The notes beneath the pieces are model-generated. The model worked only from the letters and a program-made list of their open reading frames with translations, was not told where the DNA came from and made no database searches. This document shows, piece by piece, positions 13,934 to 21,692 of a stretch of DNA of 64,000 nucleotides. Position 1 is the stretch's first letter. Each line of letters starts with the position of its first letter. A program made the position numbers and the translations under genes. This DNA comes from an uncultured Oscillospiraceae bacterium (lineage in GTDB: Bacteria > Bacteroidota > Bacteroidia > Bacteroidales > Bacteroidaceae): the NCBI GenBank assembly GCA_963625935.1, contig CAVFVD010000009.1, forward strand, positions 4,094 to 68,093, in the 5' to 3' direction.

Positions 13934-16717
13934 TCACCTCATCTTGCCGCCGAACCTCGGCAGCACCTCCGCCGAAAAGCCCGACAAGGTCTCGTCTATG
14001 CAGAGCCAAGTGGTGTACAGCAAGCGGAAATACTTGTACGGCGTGCCGCTGAAGCCGCGCATATAATGCCCCTCCGCCGCCCAAACCGGGTGCCAGTCCC
14101 TGCCGCGCAGGTCGTTCGTCCCGTAAAGCACTTGCTTCTGCTCTCTGCCGTTCGCCTCGTTCCACCCGATGGCGCGGAAATCGCCGCGCTGCGCCAACTC
14201 CGATATGGTCTTGCGCGTGTCGGGCGCGCCGAACTTGAACGGGCGCGTCAAGAGGAACATCCTGCTCTGCGCGTTTATGGGGACATCCCTGTCTTGGTCA
14301 ACGCTCAGGTTAAGCACCACGCCGTCCCTTTTCTGCGCGATACATTCCGGGTAGGAGTTGATGTCAAACAAATACGGGTTGTCGCACATTCCCCAAGAGC
14401 GCGTCCGCAGCGAATACACATAGGCGTACTGGTGTTTTGTGTTGTACACCGTCACGCGCTGGTGCGCGTAGTCGTACATAAGGTTGCAGTCCGTGAGGTA
14501 GTCGGCGAACGCCGCTATTTGGAAGCTGTCCTTGCCGAGGAGCTTGCACGCTCCGGGCATTTCGCCCAAGTCAAGCGTCCCGAAGTTGTCAAGCATTTCG
14601 CTCACGCATTCCACGCTTGACCCGCTGACGTGCATAATGCCGCGCTCCGTGGCGAAAAGCACGCTCCCGTCAAGCTGCGCCACCGCGTCTTGCCCAAGGC
14701 ACACGTCACGCGCGAACGGCTGCTTTGACGAGAAGCCGCCAGTTGACGAGGTCTCCAACGCCCACACGCCGTCCGAACACAAGGCGTATAGCGGGAACTG
14801 TCCGAACTGCCCTTGCGACAACGCCTTTGCAGCCGATGTCACGCTGATGATTTCTCCCGCGCCGATGGTGTTGATGTTCGTCACGGGGAACATAAACGGG
14901 TTGTTCACCTCGGACGTGTACAGCTTGTTCGGGACGCTCATCTCCACGCTTGCGGAAATCACCTCCGGCTCTTGGGTCGTCCCCGGTATCGGCCTGTCCC
15001 CTACGTTCTGCGCTTCGTCCGCCCATCCGTCCATGCGCCCGTGCAGCCCGTCAAAGAAATACGAGCCGTTGAGGAATTTGTGGCGCGTCAGTTTCGCACA
15101 ACGGGAGCGCGTGTGTTGCACGTTGCCGTCCTTGTCCATCATCTCCTCAACCACCATCACTTTCTTCGCGTACGGGCTGTGGTGGTAGAACCACACAAGC
15201 GGAGTGTACCACCCCGCATTCGTCCAAGTGCCGCACTGCACAAGTTGCTCCGCCCCGCCGTCCGGCTCTATCCACACATACACGCTCACGCGGCACGGGT
15301 CGTTGTAATTGTCCGGGGCGTGCAGCGGTGTTTCCGCGCCGCCGTTGTAATGCACGCACCCGTCCGTGTGCGGGAAAAGGCATCGCGCGGACGCGCCCTT
15401 GTATATGCTCTTCTCTATGTTGTAAAGGTTCATCCGCGAGTTGTACGCCACCGCCCCTCTCGGGCGCAGCTCATCGTGGCTGTCGTAGTCGTCCGTCATG
15501 ACCTCGCGGTTCAGCAAAGACTGCAAATAGTCGTCCGCCACATCCACTTCCACCCTCTCGCCCTGCTTCAAGTCGTCAAGGGATATGCTGCTCAAAAGGA
15601 AGAAATTGGATGCTTCCGTAAAGCCCTTTTTCACCTCATCGTCACCCTTCTGCGGAAGCGAGCAATATGTGCCTGTCGGCGCATAAGGTATGTGCCGCGC
15701 GTAAACGACCTCTTGCTTGGTACTCGTGTTGCCGCTCGCGCTTGTCGTCTGCACGAGTGCGGAAGCCCTGTACACGCCGTAGTGCATGCGTTGCGAGTCC
15801 CACCCGTTGGTCAAAGGCTCAACGCGGTTCGTGAACTCGCCGCCTTGGTCATAGTACCTGATGCCCTCGGTGACGAAAATGTCCACGCTCTGCACGATGT
15901 CCGCCCATTCTTTCAGCTTGGCAAGACCGTCTGTAACCTGCATATCCAGTTTCGCCACCACGGCACTTGTGGTGAATGTCAGGAACTGGTAGCCATCGTC
16001 TTTTTTCCTCCACTCCCCCTTGACCATCGGCACGAAGCCCGCGTTCGGTATCATAAGCACGGGCGCGGAGTGCATTGTCAGCGTGCCGTCAAAAAGCCGG
16101 AATGCATAGCGCACAAAGAAAGGGAACATGAATTTCCCTTTCTTCGTAGCGTAATTGGCAATAAACTTGTTCGCAGCCGATTGCGCGGCGAGCTTTCCCT
16201 CGTCTATAACTACCGAAGCAAAGTAAGTGCCTTTGTCATAATATTTATACGGATTTTCCTCTATCTGCTGCTCCACCGTTCCGCGCAGCCCGAACGATAT
16301 GCCCAGCTCCGGCAGATGGCTGCCAAGAGCTTTGTACGCATCGCTCTTCCAAAGGTAGTAGTACGGCTTGTGCGTGGTGTCCTCAATAAAGAGGAGCGTG
16401 TTACCAAGCACCGTGATGCGCCCCGGACCGCCGACTTGCCCTATCACGTTAAGCACCGCCCTGCTCCCGTCCTCCGTTTCCGTCCAGCAAAGCTCAAAAT
16501 TCCCGTTGACGACAATGTAGTGCTTGAATTTCGCGGTCTCGTGCACCGCCAATATTTTGCAGTCGCTGTCTAACCTCATGACGCACTCCCCCTTCAGCAC
16601 GGGGCGCAGCCCGCCAACGTCCGGGACGGCGTTCATGCACACCGACAGCTCGCCGTCCGTGCAGAGCCTGTCGGGCGTGGCGGACGTGACCCCGCCGTAA
16701 CCCACCTCTTGTCTCAT
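13934..16717 (-). CDS. Large hypothetical protein (927 aa), possibly virion-associated
   Basis: Long clean track ORF. I recognise no catalytic motifs. Confidence 0.85.
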   Translation of the reverse strand: MRQEVGYGGVTSATPDRLCTDGELSVCMNAVPDVGGLRPVLKGECVMRLDSDCKILAVHETAKFKHYIVVNGNFELCWTETEDGSRAVLNVIGQVGGPGRITVLGNTLLFIEDTTHKPYYYLWKSDAYKALGSHLPELGISFGLRGTVEQQIEENPYKYYDKGTYFASVVIDEGKLAAQSAANKFIANYATKKGKFMFPFFVRYAFRLFDGTLTMHSAPVLMIPNAGFVPMVKGEWRKKDDGYQFLTFTTSAVVAKLDMQVTDGLAKLKEWADIVQSVDIFVTEGIRYYDQGGEFTNRVEPLTNGWDSQRMHYGVYRASALVQTTSASGNTSTKQEVVYARHIPYAPTGTYCSLPQKGDDEVKKGFTEASNFFLLSSISLDDLKQGERVEVDVADDYLQSLLNREVMTDDYDSHDELRPRGAVAYNSRMNLYNIEKSIYKGASARCLFPHTDGCVHYNGGAETPLHAPDNYNDPCRVSVYVWIEPDGGAEQLVQCGTWTNAGWYTPLVWFYHHSPYAKKVMVVEEMMDKDGNVQHTRSRCAKLTRHKFLNGSYFFDGLHGRMDGWADEAQNVGDRPIPGTTQEPEVISASVEMSVPNKLYTSEVNNPFMFPVTNINTIGAGEIISVTSAAKALSQGQFGQFPLYALCSDGVWALETSSTGGFSSKQPFARDVCLGQDAVAQLDGSVLFATERGIMHVSGSSVECVSEMLDNFGTLDLGEMPGACKLLGKDSFQIAAFADYLTDCNLMYDYAHQRVTVYNTKHQYAYVYSLRTRSWGMCDNPYLFDINSYPECIAQKRDGVVLNLSVDQDRDVPINAQSRMFLLTRPFKFGAPDTRKTISELAQRGDFRAIGWNEANGREQKQVLYGTNDLRGRDWHPVWAAEGHYMRGFSGTPYKYFRLLYTTWLCIDETLSGFSAEVLPRFGGKMR

Positions 16718-16740
16718 TCCCTTTCCATTTGGTTAGCGTT

Positions 16741-16956
16741 TCAGTATTCTTTCCGCGAGCGGAACGACACCGTTTCAACGTGCAAAAATGACATTGTCCC
16801 CGCTATCTCGTCCTTATGTTGCTCCGCCTCCTCCTTGGTGCGGAAGATGGTGGCGCAGATTTCCGTCCGCGCCGTGCCTTTGGTCGCTATGATGTTGGCG
16901 TAGTACTTGCGCCCGAGGATGAAAGCGACTATCTCCTCAAATACCGTTGTGTTCAT
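16741..16956 (-). CDS. Hypothetical 71-aa protein
   Basis: ATG at 16956 (MNTTVFEEIVAFILGRKYY...). The track version starts at an upstream GTG. Confidence 0.5.
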   Translation of the reverse strand: MNTTVFEEIVAFILGRKYYANIIATKGTARTEICATIFRTKEEAEQHKDEIAGTMSFLHVETVSFRSRKEY

Positions 16957-16982
16957 TGTTCTCTTGTTTGTTGGTTGTTTGC

Positions 16983-17147
16983 CTACGTCCACACATGCAC
17001 GATGTGCGGCACCGTGTTGCTAAGCCCGTCCGCGCCCTTGAAGCCGCCCATGAACGATGTGACCGCATTGGCTATATCCTTGCGCGGGCGGGCTGAAACT
17101 CCGCCAGTGCCGTCCCGCACCCATCCTATGTAGTGCTTCCTATTCAT
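16983..17147 (-). CDS. Micro-ORF 6 (54 aa)
   Basis: MNRKHYIGWVRDGTGGVSARPRKDIANAVTSFMGGFKGADGLSNTVPHIVHVWT. Its ATG overlaps the preceding stop (TATGAATAG). Below the track length cutoff. Confidence 0.4.
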   Translation of the reverse strand: MNRKHYIGWVRDGTGGVSARPRKDIANAVTSFMGGFKGADGLSNTVPHIVHVWT

Positions 17148-17289
17148 AAGCCACCAGCACTATTGTGTGCTGCCCGTGGTTGTCACGCAGCCCACCCCAA
17201 GCGTCATAGCGCGAGGAGAGTGCCGTGGTGTACAGCTCCCGCGCGTGGAGCTGCATGTACCTTTTCACGAAAGGTGTCTGTCTCTTCAT
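17140..17289 (-). CDS. Micro-ORF 5 (49 aa)
   Basis: MKRQTPFVKRYMQLHARELYTTALSSRYDAWGGLRDNHGQHTIVLVAYE. ATGA overlap with micro-ORF 4. Confidence 0.4.
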   Translation of the reverse strand: MKRQTPFVKRYMQLHARELYTTALSSRYDAWGGLRDNHGQHTIVLVAYE

Positions 17290-17453
17290 AACTCTACTGC
17301 GACATAATAATGGTTTCTTGAACTCACTCCCGCGAGTATCGTGTATATAACGCCCGTCCCGCTCCTGCGGTTGTATGTGTCCACCCACACCGCGTGCGCG
17401 GGGCGGAAGCCGTCAGCGTACATTCGTTCCAGCCTTGCGTTCTTCCTTAGCAT
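17286..17453 (-). CDS. Micro-ORF 4 (55 aa)
   Basis: MLRKNARLERMYADGFRPAHAVWVDTYNRRSGTGVIYTILAGVSSRNHYYVAVEL. Starts two codons after the stop of micro-ORF 3. Confidence 0.4.
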   Translation of the reverse strand: MLRKNARLERMYADGFRPAHAVWVDTYNRRSGTGVIYTILAGVSSRNHYYVAVEL

Positions 17454-17459
17454 ATTCAG

Positions 17460-17582
17460 TCAGTATGTACCCCCCCCGTTGCGCGTTGTGACAGTTTGCG
17501 ACACGCCGCCAACGCCCATCACGTTGCCGTCAAAACCCGCACGCCACACGGGGTAAAAGATGTTGCCAATCTTCTCCGTCAT
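17460..17582 (-). CDS. Micro-ORF 3 (40 aa), ends just after a G8 tract
   Basis: MTEKIGNIFYPVWRAGFDGNVMGVGGVSQTVTTRNGGGTY. ATGA overlap with the G7-frame stop of micro-ORF 2. Confidence 0.4.
   Translation of the reverse strand: MTEKIGNIFYPVWRAGFDGNVMGVGGVSQTVTTRNGGGTY
17470..17477 (-). repeat. G8 homopolymer (C8 on plus strand), tract 3
   Basis: Read directly: AACGGGGGGGGTACATAC on the coding strand. Confidence 0.95.
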
Positions 17583-17729
17583 GCGAACTCCACAATTACG
17601 CAGGTCGCGCTGAAGCCGTCCGCCTTGGTGAAGAGGAAATTCCGCGTCCCCATCTTGAAATACCCCGCCCTGACGGTCTTGCTCGCCCCCCCCTATGGCG
17701 GGGTTTATCACGCTCTTCTTAGTACTCAT
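17579..17729 (-). pseudogene. Micro-ORF 2, out of frame at a G8 tract (in frame with G7 or G10): frameshifted, phase-variable, or a homopolymer assembly error
   Basis: ATG at 17729 gives MSTKKSVINPAIGGG. After the tract, the G/C-third-position frame reads ASKTVRAGYFKMGTRNFLFTKADGFSATCVIVEFA-stop, but it is closed by a TAG just upstream of the tract. Confidence 0.35.
17686..17693 (-). repeat. G8 homopolymer, tract 2
   Basis: Read directly: CCATAGGGGGGGGCGAGC on the coding strand. Confidence 0.95.
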
Positions 17730-17907
17730 ACAAAACAACAGTCATAGGGTAATGCGCCAATGTGAGAATGTTGGTCGCGCCGCAAAACTCGTACCGCGTG
17801 GTGATTGTAGCGGCGCACATTCCGTTCGTCACATTCACCGCCCTCCGCGTACCCCCCCCATTGTCAAGCGGTTGCGGCGGTGCTACGCGTGTCAGTCGGA
17901 AGTACAT
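17719..17907 (-). CDS. Micro-ORF 1 (62 aa), contains a G8 tract and overlaps the methyltransferase stop
   Basis: MYFRLTRVAPPQPLDNGGGTRRAVNVTNGMCAATITTRYEFCGATNILTLAHYPMTVVLYEY. Confidence 0.4.
   Translation of the reverse strand: MYFRLTRVAPPQPLDNGGGTRRAVNVTNGMCAATITTRYEFCGATNILTLAHYPMTVVLYEY
17852..17859 (-). repeat. G8 homopolymer, tract 1
   Basis: Read directly: GACAATGGGGGGGGTACGCGG on the coding strand. Confidence 0.95.
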
Positions 17908-19217
17908 TCCTTGCGGTTTAGGTTGTCGTAGTACTCATAGTGGAAGCCCTCGCCGACTTTCAGCGCGCCGCCCTCCTTGAACCGCGCGTAAGCCAAGCGG
18001 AACTCGCCGTCCATAAGAAGAGACAAAGCCGCCTGCGCTTCCGCCGCAGTCTTGTCCCAAAGCCCGTACCCGCTCATTGCCCTTTGCAGCCACGTTTTGA
18101 GGAACATCGCGTCCTCGTGGCGCGGCGGTATGTCGTATTCCACAAACAGCGCATCGTCCTTGTCGTTCGCTTTGAGGAACTTTTCCACCGCCTTGTCTTT
18201 GAGGAAAAACCGCTCTTCCACGTTGTCCTCCAACACGTCCGCAAGACGTTTGTCAAGCGCAAAAGGCTCGGGGAACTTGTAGTCAAACGCCACATCCTTG
18301 CGCATTGACACGCAGAATACACGGTCCCTGTTCTGCGGCACGCCGTAGTCCTTTGCGTTGAGCTTCGCCCATCTGTTGACGTAGCCGAGACTTTCAAGGC
18401 GTTTCAGCCACAATTGGAAGTCGGGCATGAACTTTGCGCTGACCAGCGCGGCAACGTTCTCTTGCAAAAGGAACTTTGGCTTCAAGGCTTCCACCGCGTC
18501 CGCCACGTTCCAAAGCAAGGCGGAGCGCGTGCCTGCGCCCTCTGCCATTCCCATTTGCTTGCCCGCTTGGCTGATGTCTTGGCACGGCGAGGAATAGGTG
18601 AACAAGTCCACCTCGCGCCCGCCAAGGCTTTCCTTGACCGCGTTCCAGTCTATCTGCGTGATGTCGCCGAGAGCCTTGTCCGCGAACTGCGGGAAAACAA
18701 GGTCGTGCATTTGGCACGCGTACTTGTCTATCTCGCTCCACCCCGCGCACGTCCATTTGAAATCGGGGTGTTTCTCTCGCAGCGCGTCCGCCGCCATCAG
18801 TTGCGAGTCGTAGCCGCTGAACGTGGTGAGGAACACCTTTTCGCCCTTGTTGCCGTCAACGGGCATTGGCGGAAGCGCGTCTTCCGGGTAGAGCGCGTCA
18901 AGCAAGGACATTTGCCCTTGCGGCGCGTTCTCTTTCGGATACCACAGCTGTTCGTAGATAGCCGCAAGCACGTCCACTACGATAGAGTTTCCCGCCATCT
19001 TGTACTGCTGCGAGACGGAAACCGCCAAGTCCCCCTCCTTGCCTTTGCCAACGGGCTTGCAGTCCGCCAGCCTTTCGCGTGCTTGGCGCACGCTGCTCTG
19101 CATAGTGGCTATGACATCGTCCCGCACGCCCATAAGCCGGAAGCACTCTTTTGGCGTGAGCTTGCGCACGGCGTAGCTCTTAATCGTGCGGTCTTTGAAG
19201 TTGATTTTCGTCACCAT
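17892..19217 (-). CDS. DNA (cytosine-5) methyltransferase with permuted motif order (IX-X before I-VIII)
   Basis: RKLTPKECFRLMGV and MAGNSIVVDV lie near the N-terminus. FSGYDSQ, SSPCQDISQAGK, LLQENV and PQNRDRVF follow. Confidence 0.9.
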   Translation of the reverse strand: MVTKINFKDRTIKSYAVRKLTPKECFRLMGVRDDVIATMQSSVRQARERLADCKPVGKGKEGDLAVSVSQQYKMAGNSIVVDVLAAIYEQLWYPKENAPQGQMSLLDALYPEDALPPMPVDGNKGEKVFLTTFSGYDSQLMAADALREKHPDFKWTCAGWSEIDKYACQMHDLVFPQFADKALGDITQIDWNAVKESLGGREVDLFTYSSPCQDISQAGKQMGMAEGAGTRSALLWNVADAVEALKPKFLLQENVAALVSAKFMPDFQLWLKRLESLGYVNRWAKLNAKDYGVPQNRDRVFCVSMRKDVAFDYKFPEPFALDKRLADVLEDNVEERFFLKDKAVEKFLKANDKDDALFVEYDIPPRHEDAMFLKTWLQRAMSGYGLWDKTAAEAQAALSLLMDGEFRLAYARFKEGGALKVGEGFHYEYYDNLNRKECTSD

Positions 19218-19232
19218 AGTTATCCGCCCTTT

Positions 19233-19616
19233 TCATCTCTCGTCCCCCTCTCCGATTATCTTCCCGCGTTCCTTTCGGTCAGCGAGTTTCTCTATGTTGC
19301 GTGCCATCACGTCAGAGAGCTGCACGCCCATCCAGTCCGCGAGATTCGCGCAGAACCACAGCACGTCCCCCAGCTCTTTCACCGCCGCGTCAGAGAACTC
19401 CTTTGGCGTATTGCTGCTCGGCGTAAAGTCCGCGTCAAGCGTGCCGTTGCGCACCGCCTTGGCGAACTTGCCGCAAAGCTCGCCCGTCTCCTCCGCGATG
19501 CCCGCAATGAGGTACGCGGGGTTCTTCGCGTTCTCCGTTATGAATGTGAACGCGTCCTCTTGGTACTTGTCCGCGTCCGCGTAACGCTCTTTTCCTGTCT
19601 GTGTTAAGTTGTTCAT
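19233..19616 (-). CDS. MazG-like nucleoside triphosphate pyrophosphohydrolase
   Basis: EETGELCGKFAKAVRNG...ELGDVLWFCANLADWMGVQLSDVMARNIEKLADR. Confidence 0.8.
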   Translation of the reverse strand: MNNLTQTGKERYADADKYQEDAFTFITENAKNPAYLIAGIAEETGELCGKFAKAVRNGTLDADFTPSSNTPKEFSDAAVKELGDVLWFCANLADWMGVQLSDVMARNIEKLADRKERGKIIGEGDER

Positions 19617-19655
19617 TGTCCCTATTGATTTGCAAATAATTCAACTTATTGTGCG

Positions 19656-20075
19656 TCACACCAACTCAAAGCAAACCGCGAACGACTCCACTTTGCTGTC
19701 GGGGTGCGCAATTTTCATCCTGTCCAGCTTGTTGCAGTTAAAGCCCTCCCTCTTGTTCCAGCACCCCACGGTGTAGCAAGTGCGCCCTCTCTGCGTGCCG
19801 CCCCGCGTCCCGAAACGTATTCGCAGGAGCAAGGGCTTGTTTACCGCCCATTCGCCCGCCGCGCGTGCCTCGTGCCAAAGGCTCTCAATCCGCGTGTAGC
19901 GCGTCCTGCGCTCATCGTTCTCGTCCCTGCGCGGGTAAGGCGTTACCGAGGTGTAGACCTCGCGCCCCGTGTGCAGCTCCGACACGTCATCGTTCGGGAT
20001 ATAGACGCAGTCGCCCGGCCATTCGCACCCGCGCACTCCGTCCGGAAGCTCATCCTTGCTCTTGTACATAATCAC
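19656..20075 (-). CDS. Hypothetical protein (139 aa)
   Basis: Track ORF, co-oriented in the early operon. Confidence 0.55.
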   Translation of the reverse strand: MIMYKSKDELPDGVRGCEWPGDCVYIPNDDVSELHTGREVYTSVTPYPRRDENDERRTRYTRIESLWHEARAAGEWAVNKPLLLRIRFGTRGGTQRGRTCYTVGCWNKREGFNCNKLDRMKIAHPDSKVESFAVCFELV

Positions 20076-20421
20076 TCTTTGTTTGCTTGTTCAACATTCT
20101 CCAAACCACTCTGTAAACCGCCGCAAGGGCGAAGTACGCCGCCGCTTTCGCTTTGCCCGTGTTCGTCTCAAAGTCCACGTCCGCCGTGCGCTCCCGCTGT
20201 ATGTGCAGCCCGTGCAGCAAGTTGTGCGCCATCCACTCGCGGCGGAGCGACTGCAAGGAGCGCGTCCGCAGGGTGCTGCCCTCGGGCGACTCATTTCTGA
20301 AACGGCGTAAGCATTGGTCTATCGTTCTCGGACTGCGCACGCGCCACGAGCCTTGCACTTGCGTGTCGCCGTCCGCAAACCGCACCTTGATGCGGCACGC
20401 CTCAATAACCACACGCACCAT
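20050..20421 (-). CDS. Hypothetical protein (123 aa)
   Basis: Track ORF with small overlaps to both neighbours. Confidence 0.5.
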   Translation of the reverse strand: MVRVVIEACRIKVRFADGDTQVQGSWRVRSPRTIDQCLRRFRNESPEGSTLRTRSLQSLRREWMAHNLLHGLHIQRERTADVDFETNTGKAKAAAYFALAAVYRVVWRMLNKQTKSDYVQEQG

Positions 20422-20767
20422 CCTCGTCCTCCTCCTCGTTAAACTCGTCCCCGTCCGGGGTGAATTTGATTTCCTTGTGCTTGTGCGCGTATTCCAGCTG
20501 CATCTCCCCGTTCTCGTCCGCCAAATAGCGGTATTTGATGTTCGGGTGTCCTCCTTGCAGCGACCTGCGGGTAAGGAGTATCGTCTTCACCACTCCGTGC
20601 CGTATGTCGTCTCGGAAGTTCATCGCGTCTTTCAGCCATCCGCCGAAATTGGCTATCGGCACGAAGTGTCTCGGCGAGCCGTCCAAGTGCCATCCTCTTG
20701 CCAGCACCATATAGCCGCGCGAGGTGCTTTCCACGATTGCTTGCGTGTTTTGTCTCTCTTCACTCAT
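20402..20767 (-). CDS. Hypothetical protein (121 aa)
   Basis: Track ORF with an acidic C-terminus. Confidence 0.55.
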   Translation of the reverse strand: MSEERQNTQAIVESTSRGYMVLARGWHLDGSPRHFVPIANFGGWLKDAMNFRDDIRHGVVKTILLTRRSLQGGHPNIKYRYLADENGEMQLEYAHKHKEIKFTPDGDEFNEEEDEDGACGY

Positions 20768-20782
20768 CTATTTCCCTCTACT

Positions 20783-21262
20783 TTAGATAAAATCCTCTTG
20801 TCTTGCAGTGTCTCGGAACATATTTATCGCCCTTTCCATCTCGGGCGTTATACCTGTTCTTCTCCAATATTCCACGTTGCGTATATTCCAGCCGTTGTAA
20901 TCCACCGCGCGTCCTTTGTCCACGATATGCCCGAAACTTACGCGCCCCGCTCTCGTAAGCACAATGACCTCAACGTCCGTGTCGGGCAAAAGTTCTTCCA
21001 CGGAGACCCAGTCGGGGGCGTTCTGCACGGTCTGCAATTGCGCTTTAAGAACTTCCCTATCTCTTCGAGCATTCGCAAGCTCCGCTTTCAGCCGTTCGCA
21101 GAGGTAGTCCTTGCACGTTATCTTGTACCCGTTTTCTATCTCTTCCACGGTGCATTTGCAGCCAAGCCCCGTCATTGCGTGAACGACAGGAAGCAAGTCC
21201 TCGCGTTCTATCTCCACCGACCTTTCGGGGTTGATGTGATTATCCAAATTGAATTCTTCCAT
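20783..21262 (-). CDS. Hypothetical protein (159 aa), C-terminus DUF551-like (guess)
   Basis: WVSVEELLPDTDVEVIVLTRAGRVSFGHIV... Confidence 0.55.
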   Translation of the reverse strand: MEEFNLDNHINPERSVEIEREDLLPVVHAMTGLGCKCTVEEIENGYKITCKDYLCERLKAELANARRDREVLKAQLQTVQNAPDWVSVEELLPDTDVEVIVLTRAGRVSFGHIVDKGRAVDYNGWNIRNVEYWRRTGITPEMERAINMFRDTARQEDFI

Positions 21263-21502
21263 TGCTTCGTTTTTTGTTGCCGCCGCGCATTAAGCACTCT
21301 GCAGCGTGCTTGTTCTGCGTTGCGGTTTTCTTGTTGTGGGGCGCGGGGAATTGAACCCCGTCTGCGCCTTATCGCCGCCCCTTAGCCGCGTCCCCGTGCG
21401 GACTTTTTGTGAACGTCAGTGACAAGAAATTTACATTTGTGTTGCTATGTGCGCCGCACGGGGCGGGACGCGCCGCTGCGCGTGCCGTTGCGGTTGTCGG
21501 TG

Positions 21503-21673
21503 TCACGCTCTGCGCGTGCTGTTCTCTCTGACGTACGTCTTGCATACCACCTTGAACCAGTGGCAGAACTCGTCCTTGTCAAGGTCGCTCATGACGTACA
21601 CCGTGTGAATTGCCCTAAACTCCTCATTGCGCGGTCTGATGCCCGTGCGCTCCTCAAACTCTTGTGCTGTCAT
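21503..21673 (-). CDS. Hypothetical 56-aa protein (below track cutoff)
   Basis: ATG at 21673, TGA at 21503. MTAQEFEERTGIRPRNEEFRAIHTVYVMSDLDKDEFCHWFKVVCKTYVRENSTRRA, with G/C-rich third positions. Confidence 0.4.
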   Translation of the reverse strand: MTAQEFEERTGIRPRNEEFRAIHTVYVMSDLDKDEFCHWFKVVCKTYVRENSTRRA

Positions 21674-21692
21674 TGCTTTTGTCGGTTAAGGG

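Noticed and set aside
21331-21412. Functional phage tRNA gene
   Set aside because: Only a T-arm, an acceptor-like pairing and a short hairpin can be drawn. There is no D-arm and the length is far below 70 nt. It is kept only as a tRNA-like fragment.
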